Positions 27,444 to 39,037 of a stretch of 64,000 nt of DNA are shown here, piece by piece (the stretch's first letter is position 1; each line of letters begins with the position of its first letter). The notes under the pieces are model-generated. The model was not told the origin of the DNA, made no database searches, and worked only from the letters and a program-made list of their open reading frames with translations. The translations under genes and the position numbers were made by a program. Source of the stretch: an uncultured Nitrososphaerota archaeon (GTDB taxonomy: Archaea; Korarchaeota; Korarchaeia; Korarchaeales; Korarchaeaceae); contig CAZQNA010000004.1 of NCBI GenBank assembly GCA_964594835.1, forward strand, positions 106,450 to 170,449, given 5' to 3'.

Positions 27444-29287
27444 GGATTTTCGCCCTTCACTCCGACTGGATCTGGTACAGGGTCAGGGAGAGGGCCGTCG
27501 CCTCTGCGCCAGAGCCGGAGGTGCCCGAGGCCCGCTACGAGGAGGTTCTGGTCCTGTTCACCGCCTTCGAGTCCTTCGACGGGCGGACCTCCGTCGAAAG
27601 GGCCGTCTCCGAGATAAGGACCCTGGCGGGCCGCCTGGGGGTCGGCGAACTGGTCCTCTACCCCTGGGTCCACCTGACCGATCAGCCGGCGCCCTTCCAG
27701 AAGTCGGTGGACCTGTACGAGTCCCTGCGAACGGCCCTCGCGGGGGCTGGCTTCACGGTCCACCCGGTTCCGATAGGCTGGTACAAGGAGTTTGAGATCA
27801 GGGTGAAGGGCCACCCGCTGGCGGAGTCCTTGAGGACCATCGGCCCGGAGGGCGAGGCCCCGGTCGAGGCCGGGGTGGAGGAAGAGGGGGAGGAGGGAGA
27901 GGGGAGGTTCATCATCCTCTTCCCAGACGGGAGTGAGAGGGAGGTCGACGGGTGGCAGTGGATCGAGGACCCCGAGCTCAGGATAGTCGTTCGGAACGAG
28001 GTCTTCGGCAAGCCCCCCTCCGGCAGGGAGCCGGACCACATACGCCTCATGAGGAGGCTCGAGCTGGTCGACTACGAGCCCTCCTCCGACGTGGGGAACT
28101 TCCGATTCTATCCGGAGGGAACGCTGGTCAAGAGGCTGATAGAGGACCTCGCCTTCGAGGTCGCTCACAGGATAGGGGCCATGGAGATTGAGACCCCGCT
28201 CCTCTACAGGCTAGACGATCCCGCGATAGCGGGCCAGGCCGCCAAGTTCAGGGAGAGGAACTATCAGATCCCAATGGGGAAGACCACCCTGATCCTGAGG
28301 TTCGCCGGGGACTTCGGGCTCTTCTCGATGATGAGGGACATGGGCATCTCCTACAGGGACCTGCCGCTGAGCTTCTACGAGATCTCTCCCTCCTTCAGGC
28401 TGGAGCAGAGGGGGGAGTGCGTCGGCCTAAGGAGGCTCAGGGCCTTCACCATGCCCGACATCCACTCCTTCGTGGCGGACGTGGACCAGGGGATGGAGAT
28501 GTACGAGAGGTACTTCATGGAGTATCACCGCCTCCTCCGAGATCTCGGCGTCGACTACGCCGTCGTGTTCAGGGTGGTGGAGAGCTTCTACGAGAGGCTC
28601 AAGCCGGCCATAGTCTCGATGCTCTCCGCCGTGGGGAAGCCGGCCCTCATAGAGCTTCTCCCGAAGATGAAGCACTACTGGGCCCTGAAGCACGAGTTCC
28701 AGGTCGTCGACACCTCGGAGGGAAACGGACAGCTGAGCACGGTCCAGCTGGATGTCGAGGACTCGGAGAGGTACGGGATCTTCTACGTCGACAGGGACGG
28801 GAGCAGGAGGCCGGGGGTGATAGTCCACACCTCCATGGGGAGCATAGAGAGGCTGATCTACGCCATCCTGGAGACCGCGGCCAAGGCCGCGGCCAGGGGT
28901 GAGAAGCCCTCCCTGCCGCTGTGGCTCTCGCCCACCCAGGTGAGGGTGATCCCAGTCTCCCCTGAGAACGTGGAGTTTGCCGTCTCCCTGGCCGAGAGGC
29001 TCAACGCAAGCGGGATCAGGGCGGACGTGGACGACAGGGATCTGACCCTCGGCAAGAGGGTGAGGGAGGCCGAGAGGCGCTGGGTACCCTATGTGGTGGT
29101 CGTGGGGAAGCGGGAGCAGGAGACCGGCAGGCTCTCGGTGAGGAGGAGGAGCGACGGGTCTGAGTACGAGGCCACCCTGGAGGACCTGATCTCAGAGGTC
29201 AGGTCCCTCACGGAGGGCAAGCCGTACAGGCCGCTGAACGTCCCGATGAGGCTGAGCAGGAGGCCGGTGTTCGTCGGGTCGTCCTGA
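27440..29287 (+). CDS. thrS: threonine--tRNA ligase (archaeal type with N-terminal editing domain)
   Basis: MRIFALHSD, PIGWYKEF..KGHPLAE, FRLEQRGE, RAFTMPDIH, GSIER, LPLWLSPTQVR; ATG overlaps the mvk stop. Confidence 0.95.
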   Translation: MRIFALHSDWIWYRVRERAVASAPEPEVPEARYEEVLVLFTAFESFDGRTSVERAVSEIRTLAGRLGVGELVLYPWVHLTDQPAPFQKSVDLYESLRTALAGAGFTVHPVPIGWYKEFEIRVKGHPLAESLRTIGPEGEAPVEAGVEEEGEEGEGRFIILFPDGSEREVDGWQWIEDPELRIVVRNEVFGKPPSGREPDHIRLMRRLELVDYEPSSDVGNFRFYPEGTLVKRLIEDLAFEVAHRIGAMEIETPLLYRLDDPAIAGQAAKFRERNYQIPMGKTTLILRFAGDFGLFSMMRDMGISYRDLPLSFYEISPSFRLEQRGECVGLRRLRAFTMPDIHSFVADVDQGMEMYERYFMEYHRLLRDLGVDYAVVFRVVESFYERLKPAIVSMLSAVGKPALIELLPKMKHYWALKHEFQVVDTSEGNGQLSTVQLDVEDSERYGIFYVDRDGSRRPGVIVHTSMGSIERLIYAILETAAKAAARGEKPSLPLWLSPTQVRVIPVSPENVEFAVSLAERLNASGIRADVDDRDLTLGKRVREAERRWVPYVVVVGKREQETGRLSVRRRSDGSEYEATLEDLISEVRSLTEGKPYRPLNVPMRLSRRPVFVGSS

Positions 29288-29312
29288 CCCCCCCTAGGGC
29301 AGAAGTCGCCTG

Positions 29313-29389
29313 TGGCGGCGGGGGTGGGACTCGAACCCACGACCGCCCGGTTAACAGCCGGGCGCTCTACCTAGCTGAGCTACCCCGCC
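29313..29389 (-). tRNA. tRNA-Asn(GTT), intron-less, CCA encoded
   Basis: acceptor GGCGGGG/CCCCGCC, anticodon arm CCCGG-CTGTTAA-CCGGG, GGTTCGAGTCC T arm, 3' GCCA; TTTTTAT box about 25 nt upstream. Confidence 0.97.
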
Positions 29390-29431
29390 CGGAGGGGAGG
29401 GGAGGAGCCCCGCATAAAAAGGGTTTCCCCC

Positions 29432-31696
<2,265 letters not shown>

Positions 31697-31713
31697 TTAA
31701 TAAGGGGTTCCTC

Positions 31714-32826
31714 TCACGCCGAGGAGATGACGGGCTTCCCCCTCGACTCGAGGTCCCTCACCATCTGGGGCATGACCGCCCAGGTGCTGTGGGCCACTAT
31801 CTCCTCCCACTCGTCCTCCACGAACCCGTAGTGTATCGAGGCCATCAGGAGGGGGTCGAACCCGTCGAAGTTCGCCATGAACCTCTCGTCGCTGAGCGCC
31901 AGTATCACCCTGGCGGCCGCCAGGGACTCGTCGAGCTCGCCGTAGATCGGCCGCTTCCTCCGCACGTCCGCCCTGGAGCGCGCCTCCCTCACGAGGGACT
32001 CCTCCAGCTCTGCGACCCTCCTCCTGGCCCAAGCCGAGAGTTCGGCCTCTATGGGCATGAGCCTGCTCCTCTCCTCGTCTATGGGGAGGTTGGCCGACGC
32101 GATCCGCCCCTCCCTCCGGAGCAGGTCCCTGACCCTCTCCGAGTCCCCCAGGCGCTCGGCGGCCCGGGACTTGATCGAGTTGAACTCCTCCCACCTGGAG
32201 ATATGGACGGTCTCCTCCGGAGTCAGAGCCTCTGGAGGGACCTCTAGGTCCCCCTCGGCCACCATGTAGTCCAGCAACTCGTCCATTCTGAAGAACACGA
32301 GCGCCTCCCTCACAGCCGCGGCCGGGTCGTCAGAGGCGTGCACCAGGTTGAGGACCCTGTTGACACCTTTCAGGTCGTACCTTATCTGACCTGGCCTCCC
32401 AGCGTCCGGGGTCGTCGGTCCGAGCAGGTCCCTCAGCCTGCCGGCCAGGTGCTCGTGCCCCCCCGGGTCCCCCCTCAGGATCAGGGCCACGGTGGGCGAG
32501 GTCGTGTACACCTTCTTCATTATCCACCAGGAGTCGGAGTACTTCCTCCTCACGAACTCGTAAAGCTCGTCTATCACCTCCGGAGTGAACCTGGCGAGCC
32601 TGTAGCCCGTGACCCGGAGCCCCGCCGACCTCAGCCTCCTCAGAACCTCCGGGGCGAGCCCCCTCGCGTAGCACCCGGGCTTTATCAGGGCGAACGCGAA
32701 GTTCCGGAGCTCCCGGAGGTGGCGCGGGGAGGCCTCCGCCGCGAACCTCTCCCTGAGGTCGGCGAAGGCGTCCCTCTCCACCGCGTCCTCCCGGTCGAAG
32801 TACGACAGTGGATCAGGATCCGCCAA
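31714..32826 (-). CDS. nucleoside-diphosphate kinase domain protein with a long C-terminal extension
   Basis: FALIKP, LRDLLGPTTP..PGQIRYD, NLVHASD (phospho-His motif); 370 aa. Confidence 0.8.
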   Translation of the reverse strand: MADPDPLSYFDREDAVERDAFADLRERFAAEASPRHLRELRNFAFALIKPGCYARGLAPEVLRRLRSAGLRVTGYRLARFTPEVIDELYEFVRRKYSDSWWIMKKVYTTSPTVALILRGDPGGHEHLAGRLRDLLGPTTPDAGRPGQIRYDLKGVNRVLNLVHASDDPAAAVREALVFFRMDELLDYMVAEGDLEVPPEALTPEETVHISRWEEFNSIKSRAAERLGDSERVRDLLRREGRIASANLPIDEERSRLMPIEAELSAWARRRVAELEESLVREARSRADVRRKRPIYGELDESLAAARVILALSDERFMANFDGFDPLLMASIHYGFVEDEWEEIVAHSTWAVMPQMVRDLESRGKPVISSA

Positions 32827-34873
32827 GCCCCTTCACCCTGAAGACCGCGACGTTCGGCACCCCGAGGGACCTGCCGCCGATGTGCGCCAGCTCGAACATC
32901 TCGGGCCTCGGTCCGTAGGTCTGGTTCTGGAACTCCGAGAAGGCCTCGAGGCTCAGCTTGAAGAGGGACTTCTCCAGGGCGTAGTCCGACGGGAAGTACC
33001 TGTTGGCCTGCTGCGAGTACTGGAAGAGCCTCGGGATGTCGTACTCCCCGAACCTGTAGGGCTCCGTGTAGGGGCTGTACTCGAACTCCCCGGCTATCCA
33101 CCCTATCGCGAGCCACTTGCCCCCGTACGGGGTGAAGCACTGACCGGTCGTAACCTCGCAGACCTCCTGGGCCAGGTCTATCACGACGTAGCTCGCGTTG
33201 AACCTCATAGCCAGGTCGAAGAGGTCCTCCTCCGTCCCCATGAAGCCCCTGGCGATCAGGCGTATCTGAGAGCTGTTGATCGTCAGCCCGTCCGCCAGGG
33301 AAACGACGCCCGACCCGTAGGCGAGCCAGTACCCGTAGTCCCACCAGGAGATGGCAGTCTGACCCTCGGCGTTCTCCCTCATGTAGGAGAGGGCGTCGTC
33401 CCAGCCTGGCGTGAAGCCCAGCCTGTACCTGGTGGCGAGCTGGTATGACCTGTAGGCGGTTCCGACCGTGGGTAGCACGGCGACGAGGAGGAGCATAAGT
33501 ATGGGGAGCGTGAGGACCTTCAGCTTACGTGACAGGCTGATCTTCTTCGCCTTCCTCCTCTTGACAGCCGTGAACCTCCTCGCCCTCGACTCCCAGGCGT
33601 CCCACGCCCTGTTGGTCAGGTAGGCCATGGAGAGGGCGGCGAAGGGCGACGCCAGGGGAGGGAGCCTGACTATTGAGTAGGAGAAGTAGAGCGTGAGGGC
33701 CGTGAAGTAGACGAGGAGGAGGTGATCCTTCTCCCTCCTCCTCTCTATGAACATCAGCGCGAGCCCCAGGAGGGTCGGCAGCAGCACTATCCTCATGCTG
33801 ACGCCTATCTCCCCCGGCCTGTGCTCCGCGACCGTCTCCACGACGCTCCCCCTGGGGAGCTCGATCCACGGAAACACCACCCTCGCCAGCCTTGCGGTCA
33901 GGGGGCGGTACACACCGAGGGTGAACAGGATCGCCACTACCCCACCGAAGGCGGCCAGGGCCGCCACCCTCCTGTCTATCTGCCCCGCGACCCTGTCCCT
34001 CACCCTCGGCCACGAGAAGTAGACCGCGCCGGCCGCGAGGGCCCCGTAGACCAGGGTGGTCTCCATACCGATGTAGATCTTCCTCTGGTTGAGGTGGGGG
34101 AACAGCGCCAGGGACGAGAGTATCACGTAGCCCGAGGGGAGGGCCAGGGCGAAGTAGTCCCCCAGATCGGCCCTGTCAAGAGCCATCAGGGCCAGGAGGA
34201 ACAGAGGATAGCCGTCGTACAGGGACCTGAAGCCGGCCCAGAGCCCGGCCGCGCAGACGAGCATGAGCCCGCTCCCTGCGGCGAAAATCAGGGCCCTCGA
34301 GTGGTCCTCCTCCCTCATCGCCCTCAGCGTGAGGTAGAAGCTGGCGGCCAGGAAGGGCAGGGCGAACTGCTCGTGCCTGTAGAAGCCCGCTATCGTCCTC
34401 ATGACCGCCGGATAGCTCACGCTGGCGAGCATGGCCGCGGTGAACGCCGGGACCCTCCTCCCACCCCAGAGGAGCTTGGCCGAGTAGTAGATGGGGATGA
34501 CGACGAGGGGGGCGAAGAACGCCGGCGTGTACACCGTCACCTCTAGGAGGGAGACGTCCAGCCTGAAGAGGGTGGCCACGCGGTATATCAGGGCCCCAAG
34601 GTAGTAGTGCAGGACCGGCAGGACCCTTGCCGGGTCGTACGACCACGGGTGCCACCCGAGCGGCCAGTAGTGCGGGAGGGACCCGTGCTCCACCAGGTGC
34701 TTGGTGATCATGTAGTGGAGTAGCGGGTCGTCCGATGTTAGCTTGACCCCGTACTTCAGGGCGCTCTGGGCCCGTATGAAGACGCCAGCGGCGTAGGAGG
34801 CTAGTATGAGCGCGAGGTCCAGGGCGTAGCCCCTGAGTACTACGTGACCATCTCCCTTCGCTTCGACCGGCAC
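32813..34873 (-). CDS. aglB: oligosaccharyltransferase AglB (STT3 family)
   Basis: DDPLLH, TVAEH (TIxE-like), WWDYG, many transmembrane segments. Confidence 0.93.
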   Translation of the reverse strand: MPVEAKGDGHVVLRGYALDLALILASYAAGVFIRAQSALKYGVKLTSDDPLLHYMITKHLVEHGSLPHYWPLGWHPWSYDPARVLPVLHYYLGALIYRVATLFRLDVSLLEVTVYTPAFFAPLVVIPIYYSAKLLWGGRRVPAFTAAMLASVSYPAVMRTIAGFYRHEQFALPFLAASFYLTLRAMREEDHSRALIFAAGSGLMLVCAAGLWAGFRSLYDGYPLFLLALMALDRADLGDYFALALPSGYVILSSLALFPHLNQRKIYIGMETTLVYGALAAGAVYFSWPRVRDRVAGQIDRRVAALAAFGGVVAILFTLGVYRPLTARLARVVFPWIELPRGSVVETVAEHRPGEIGVSMRIVLLPTLLGLALMFIERRREKDHLLLVYFTALTLYFSYSIVRLPPLASPFAALSMAYLTNRAWDAWESRARRFTAVKRRKAKKISLSRKLKVLTLPILMLLLVAVLPTVGTAYRSYQLATRYRLGFTPGWDDALSYMRENAEGQTAISWWDYGYWLAYGSGVVSLADGLTINSSQIRLIARGFMGTEEDLFDLAMRFNASYVVIDLAQEVCEVTTGQCFTPYGGKWLAIGWIAGEFEYSPYTEPYRFGEYDIPRLFQYSQQANRYFPSDYALEKSLFKLSLEAFSEFQNQTYGPRPEMFELAHIGGRSLGVPNVAVFRVKGLGGS

Positions 34874-34918
34874 GAGCCAGGCCGCCCGGCGGTCTATAAA
34901 TTACTTGTCTCCGTGGTG

Positions 34919-35227
34919 TCACCGGCCCTCCACGCGCCTGAGCTCCTCCTCTACGGACTCCCTCAGAGACGAGAACTCCTCCCTCAGCCTGTCGAGGGCC
35001 TCAAAGATCTTCCTGACGGGATCGCCCTCCCTCGACCTCACGTAGAGGACTCCCTCCTCCTTCAGCGGATGAGGGACGTCGTATCCGGCGAAGTCGACCC
35101 CCACCTGATGGAGGGCCTTCACCAGCGGGTCCAGCAGGGTGTAGGTCTCTCCCCGCACCCTGACGGTGACGAGGTCCCCGTCCCTCTCTATGGAGACCTC
35201 CATCCTCTCCTCACGCTCGGCGCTCAC
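34919..35227 (-). CDS. rpoL: DNA-directed RNA polymerase subunit L (Rpo11)
   Basis: GETYTLLDPL..FAGYDVPHPL; located next to csl4. Confidence 0.9.
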   Translation of the reverse strand: MSAEREERMEVSIERDGDLVTVRVRGETYTLLDPLVKALHQVGVDFAGYDVPHPLKEEGVLYVRSREGDPVRKIFEALDRLREEFSSLRESVEEELRRVEGR

Positions 35228-35859
35228 GCCCCCTCACCCCCTCCTCCCTTCAGCCTCCTTATGACCTCCTCGGGGGAGGTCCTGAACCAGAAAACGCCAT
35301 CCTCGTCCTCCTCTATCAGGCCCTCCTCGAGGGCCTCCTCCAGGACGTCCAGAAAGGGCCTGCCTGACGCGTAGGCCGCGGCCACGAGGGTCTCCCTCAC
35401 CTTCCTCTGCCTGACCTCCACCCTGGCCTCGGTCACGAGGTCCTGGAGCTCGGTCACCATCTCCTGGAACTCCTCCGGGGAGACGTCCGTGATCAGCTCG
35501 TCACCCGACCAGCCCACGTGGTGTCCCGAGGCCTGGAGGGCCGCGGACAGGAGGCTGTAGGAGACGCCCCCCCTCCGCTCGTCTATCCAGTCCCTCGGGT
35601 ACCTCCTGGTTGGCCCCTCAGCGTGGACCAGGGCGAAGTTCCTGTACGCGGATCGTGCGACCATCTCGGCCCTCGCCATCTCCTCCCGCGTCCCGTAGAC
35701 CGTGACGTAGAGCTTGCCCGGCACGGCGAACCTGTAGCTGTAGTCGAGACCCTCCATCTTCCTCTCGAGGTAGTCCAGGAAGTCGGACAGCTCCTCCTGG
35801 TTCACGTTGAGCACGAAGCTCCTCTTCTCGATCCTCCTGAGTCCGCCGTGCCTCACCAA
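35224..35859 (-). CDS. DUF2067-like conserved archaeal protein
   Basis: EELSDFLDYLER..KLYVTVYGT pattern and position between csl4 and rpoL. Confidence 0.65.
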   Translation of the reverse strand: MVRHGGLRRIEKRSFVLNVNQEELSDFLDYLERKMEGLDYSYRFAVPGKLYVTVYGTREEMARAEMVARSAYRNFALVHAEGPTRRYPRDWIDERRGGVSYSLLSAALQASGHHVGWSGDELITDVSPEEFQEMVTELQDLVTEARVEVRQRKVRETLVAAAYASGRPFLDVLEEALEEGLIEEDEDGVFWFRTSPEEVIRRLKGGGGEGA

Positions 35860-35860
35860 C

Positions 35861-36427
35861 TCACACCGACTCCCTCAGCGGGTTCCGCCCATATAAGTCG
35901 CTTACCCTCCTGTCCAGGACGACCCTCCCGCACTCCTCGCACACGAGGGTGTACCCGACCCTCTTGAGCGCGGACCCGCACCTGGGGCACCTCGCCAGGA
36001 TGACCCCGAGCGAGGGGCCTGCCATCGTCACGACCACCTGCTCGGAGTCCGACCTCATCACCCTCGCCAGGATGAGGTCTCCGGGCCTGGCCCCCTGGTT
36101 CGCCGGGTGAGACTTGAGCATGATGCCCGAGATGGGCCTGTGAAACCTCACAGGCCTCTTCCCGGCAATCCCGACTATCTTGACGTGATGGAGGGCCCTC
36201 TCCGTGCTCCAGACTATGCCGACGACCTCCGTCCCCGGCCTCAGCGGGAGGGAGGGCACCTTGATGGGCTCCACACTAACCTTCCCCTCCCTCCGCCTGA
36301 GGAGGCCGAGCCTGGTCGACCTCACCCTGCCCCTCCTGTCCACGTAGGCCCCCTCTCCGGGGAGGACCTCCTCAATCACCCCAAGCTGATCTCCCGGGAG
36401 CACGAGCTTCTCATCACCCCTCGACAT
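35861..36427 (-). CDS. csl4: exosome complex RNA-binding protein Csl4
   Basis: VLPGDQLGVIEE..PGEG, PGDLILARV, LGVILARCPRC..CEECG zinc ribbon. Confidence 0.92.
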   Translation of the reverse strand: MSRGDEKLVLPGDQLGVIEEVLPGEGAYVDRRGRVRSTRLGLLRRREGKVSVEPIKVPSLPLRPGTEVVGIVWSTERALHHVKIVGIAGKRPVRFHRPISGIMLKSHPANQGARPGDLILARVMRSDSEQVVVTMAGPSLGVILARCPRCGSALKRVGYTLVCEECGRVVLDRRVSDLYGRNPLRESV

Positions 36428-36438
36428 GGAATCACCCC

Positions 36439-37074
36439 TCAGGCAGACTCATTCCCGCGAGATCGCTCGAACCTGAGCACCTCTACGCCTATCTCTACAC
36501 TCCTCCTCCTGTGAAACGGGAACCTCTTCGAAATGGAAAAAGGATATCGCCAGACGTCGGTGAGCCTGCAGCCGTACCGCGAGGCCACACCGGCCAGGAA
36601 CTCCCGGTTTCCCTCTCTGTGAATGGAGTAGACCACCCTGGCGGACTGAAGGGCCCTCACGAGGAACGTCAGGTCGGGGGTTCCCCCCCTCAGGCCGAAG
36701 GGAGGGTTCATCACGACCGTGTCGACGCTCCCCCTGAAGTCGACCACGTCCATCTCCACGATCTGGACCCTGTCCGACACGCGGAGCCTCTCCGCGTTTC
36801 TCACGGCGACTTCAACCGCCCTCGGGTCAACGTCCAGACAGATCACCTTCCTGGCGCCAAGGAGGGCCGCCCCCAGCCCGAGGATGCCCGATCCGCAGCC
36901 GAGGTCGGCCACGGCCCTCCCCCGGACGTCCCCCATGTCGAAGGCCCTGATCAGGACCTCCGCGGCCAGCTCTGGGGGCGTCTCGTACTGCTCCAGCTCT
37001 GGCCTCGGATGGGGGAGTGGCTCCAGGGAGGAGAGGAGCCTGGCGAGCTCCCTCTTGCTGGGCCTACTCGCCAC
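36439..37074 (-). CDS. METTL5-family SAM-dependent methyltransferase
   Basis: LEQYETP, DLGCGSG, MNPPFG, FHR. Confidence 0.92.
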   Translation of the reverse strand: MASRPSKRELARLLSSLEPLPHPRPELEQYETPPELAAEVLIRAFDMGDVRGRAVADLGCGSGILGLGAALLGARKVICLDVDPRAVEVAVRNAERLRVSDRVQIVEMDVVDFRGSVDTVVMNPPFGLRGGTPDLTFLVRALQSARVVYSIHREGNREFLAGVASRYGCRLTDVWRYPFSISKRFPFHRRRSVEIGVEVLRFERSRGNESA

Positions 37075-37576
37075 CTGAGATCCTCTCTACCACCAGCCTC
37101 GTCATGTGGGGGAGCTTCCTCTTGCCTATGCTCAGGCAGTACTTGCCCTCCTCTAGGTCCTCCTCCCTGACCCTGAGCAGGAGGATGGTCTGGCCCCTCC
37201 TGACCTGGGCCGCCCTCCCGTCGGGCTTGCCAAAGGCGAGCCTCATGCCCTTCTGGAGCCTCTCCGCCTTGTGGACGCCGGCCATCGCGTGCTTCCTCAG
37301 TATGTGGTGCGGGTAGGGAACCACCTTGAAGAAGTACTCGCCGCTCACGATCCTCTTCCTGAGCTGGGAGAGCACGGCCATCCTGGCTGCCTCCATGGCG
37401 TTCGCCCTCAGCTGGAAGCTGGCGGTGGCCTCCACCCTGATCTCGTAGTCGTAGTCCAGGTTCGGGTCGCCGTGGTCGAACTTCTGGATCTTGCTGTAGG
37501 GTATGCTCTTGATGTACTCCTTGCGGGTGTAGGGCCTCTGTATGGCCCTGTAGTTCCGGGCCGGCCTCAGCGACAT
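37064..37576 (-). CDS. rpl10e: 50S ribosomal protein L10e/uL16
   Basis: RPARNYR..YTRKEYI, MEAAR, YPHHILR, GMRLAFGKP, KLP. Confidence 0.96.
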   Translation of the reverse strand: MSLRPARNYRAIQRPYTRKEYIKSIPYSKIQKFDHGDPNLDYDYEIRVEATASFQLRANAMEAARMAVLSQLRKRIVSGEYFFKVVPYPHHILRKHAMAGVHKAERLQKGMRLAFGKPDGRAAQVRRGQTILLLRVREEDLEEGKYCLSIGKRKLPHMTRLVVERISGGE

Positions 37577-37577
37577 A

Positions 37578-38288
37578 TCAATCACCCACCAGCGCGTCCC
37601 TTATTCTCCTGACCAGCCCGAGCGCGTAGAGGACCTCCTCCTCGGTGAGCCCGCAGGGGAAGGCCCTCCCCACCACCCGTCGGGCCATCAGGCGGAGCCT
37701 CCGCCTCTTGTGCCCGGGCAGGTCTACGCGGTCGATGATGTCGTCGAGGTACTTAAGCATTATCTCGACGGTCTCCCTCCCAGGGGGCCTCAGCCTCGCC
37801 TCTCCCGACTCAAAGGCCATCCTGAACTCGTACAGCACGACCGCGACGGCGTTGGCAAGGTTCAGCGTCGGGTACTCCGCGGAGGTCGGTATGGTCACGA
37901 TCACGTCGCACTTGGCGAGCTCCTCGTTCGTCAGGCCGGTGGACTCCCTGCCAAAGATCAGGGCGTACTCGGCGTCCCACCGGAGACTCTGGGCGTACTG
38001 CCTGAGGGGGATGACCTGCCTCAGGATGGAGCCGGGCGGGCCGGGCTTGGCCGTCGTCCCCACGACGACATCCGCCCCCTCGAACGCCTCCTCCAGGGAC
38101 GTCACGACCCTGGCAGCCTCGAGGACGTCCCTGGCCCTCATGGCCGCCGCGTAGGCCCTGTCGAAGGACTCGAACATGGGGTTCACTAGGTAGAGCCCGT
38201 CGAACCCGAAGTTCTTCATGGCCCTCGCGATCGAGCCAACGTTTATTGCGTTCTCGGGCTCGACCAGGATCACTCTCAGCGAGGCCAA
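37578..38288 (-). CDS. TrmJ/LasT-type SPOUT RNA methyltransferase
   Basis: VILVEP..NVGSIARAMKNFG, FGRESTGLTNEEL, YPTLNLANAV; start TTG 38288 or GTG 38294/38297. Confidence 0.92.
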   Translation of the reverse strand: MASLRVILVEPENAINVGSIARAMKNFGFDGLYLVNPMFESFDRAYAAAMRARDVLEAARVVTSLEEAFEGADVVVGTTAKPGPPGSILRQVIPLRQYAQSLRWDAEYALIFGRESTGLTNEELAKCDVIVTIPTSAEYPTLNLANAVAVVLYEFRMAFESGEARLRPPGRETVEIMLKYLDDIIDRVDLPGHKRRRLRLMARRVVGRAFPCGLTEEEVLYALGLVRRIRDALVGD

Positions 38289-38310
38289 TGGCACCACCGG
38301 GTGGTCAGGG

Positions 38311-38991
38311 TTGCTCAAGCACCTGCCAGACTTAATAACGCTCGTCGGGCTCGAGATAGGCTTCCAGTCCATATACATGGCCGCCACCGGCAGGTTCCAG
38401 CTGGCGGCGAGGCTGTTCTTCCTCGCACTGTTCTTCGACTACCTGGACGGGCTGGCGGCCAGGCTCCTGGGCGCCGGGTCCCCCAGGGGGGAGGTCCTCG
38501 ACAGGGCCGTCGACAGGATCAACCAGTGCGTCGCCCCGGCGGTGCTCTACGCCGCTGCCGGGGGGATCTTGGACAGCGCAGTGGCCTCGCTGCTCGTGAT
38601 CATAGGGATAGTGAGGCTCTCCATCCCGAAGGATTCCCGCTACTTCAGAGGGGCCCCCCTGTTCATACCGGCGCTCCTGATCGAGTGCTCCGTCCTTGCC
38701 GGCATGGACCTGCATCCCCTGATCCTCCTCCCCTTCATACTGGTGACCGGCCTCCCGATCCCCTACCCCAGGTCCCAGGTGACGTCCGTCGGCGAGGGGG
38801 GAGGGTGGAGGAGACTCGTCTGGGGGATGAGGCCGATCGTCCCCCTTGTTATGGTGCTCGGGCCGGGCGGCCTGGTAGCCCCTCTGTCGAAAGCCGTCGT
38901 GGCCCTGGCGGTTGCGTACACAATGGCCGGGCCCGTCCTGGCGAGGATGAGGTGGGTGGGGGAGCCCGTCTGGGCCAGGAGGTCCGAGTGA
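38311..38991 (+). CDS. CDP-alcohol phosphatidyltransferase (archaetidylserine synthase-like)
   Basis: LPDLIT, DYLDGLAAR..G..LDRAVD motif, FRGAP. Confidence 0.85.
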   Translation: MLKHLPDLITLVGLEIGFQSIYMAATGRFQLAARLFFLALFFDYLDGLAARLLGAGSPRGEVLDRAVDRINQCVAPAVLYAAAGGILDSAVASLLVIIGIVRLSIPKDSRYFRGAPLFIPALLIECSVLAGMDLHPLILLPFILVTGLPIPYPRSQVTSVGEGGGWRRLVWGMRPIVPLVMVLGPGGLVAPLSKAVVALAVAYTMAGPVLARMRWVGEPVWARRSE

Positions 38992-39037
38992 TCGCCCCCC
39001 GGGGCGGACGAAGGGGGAGAGAGGGGGGAGGGGGTGC

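Noticed and set aside
29288-29431. Integrated element at tRNA-Asn
   Set aside because: No duplicated tRNA 3' end and no integrase; both flanks are core genes.
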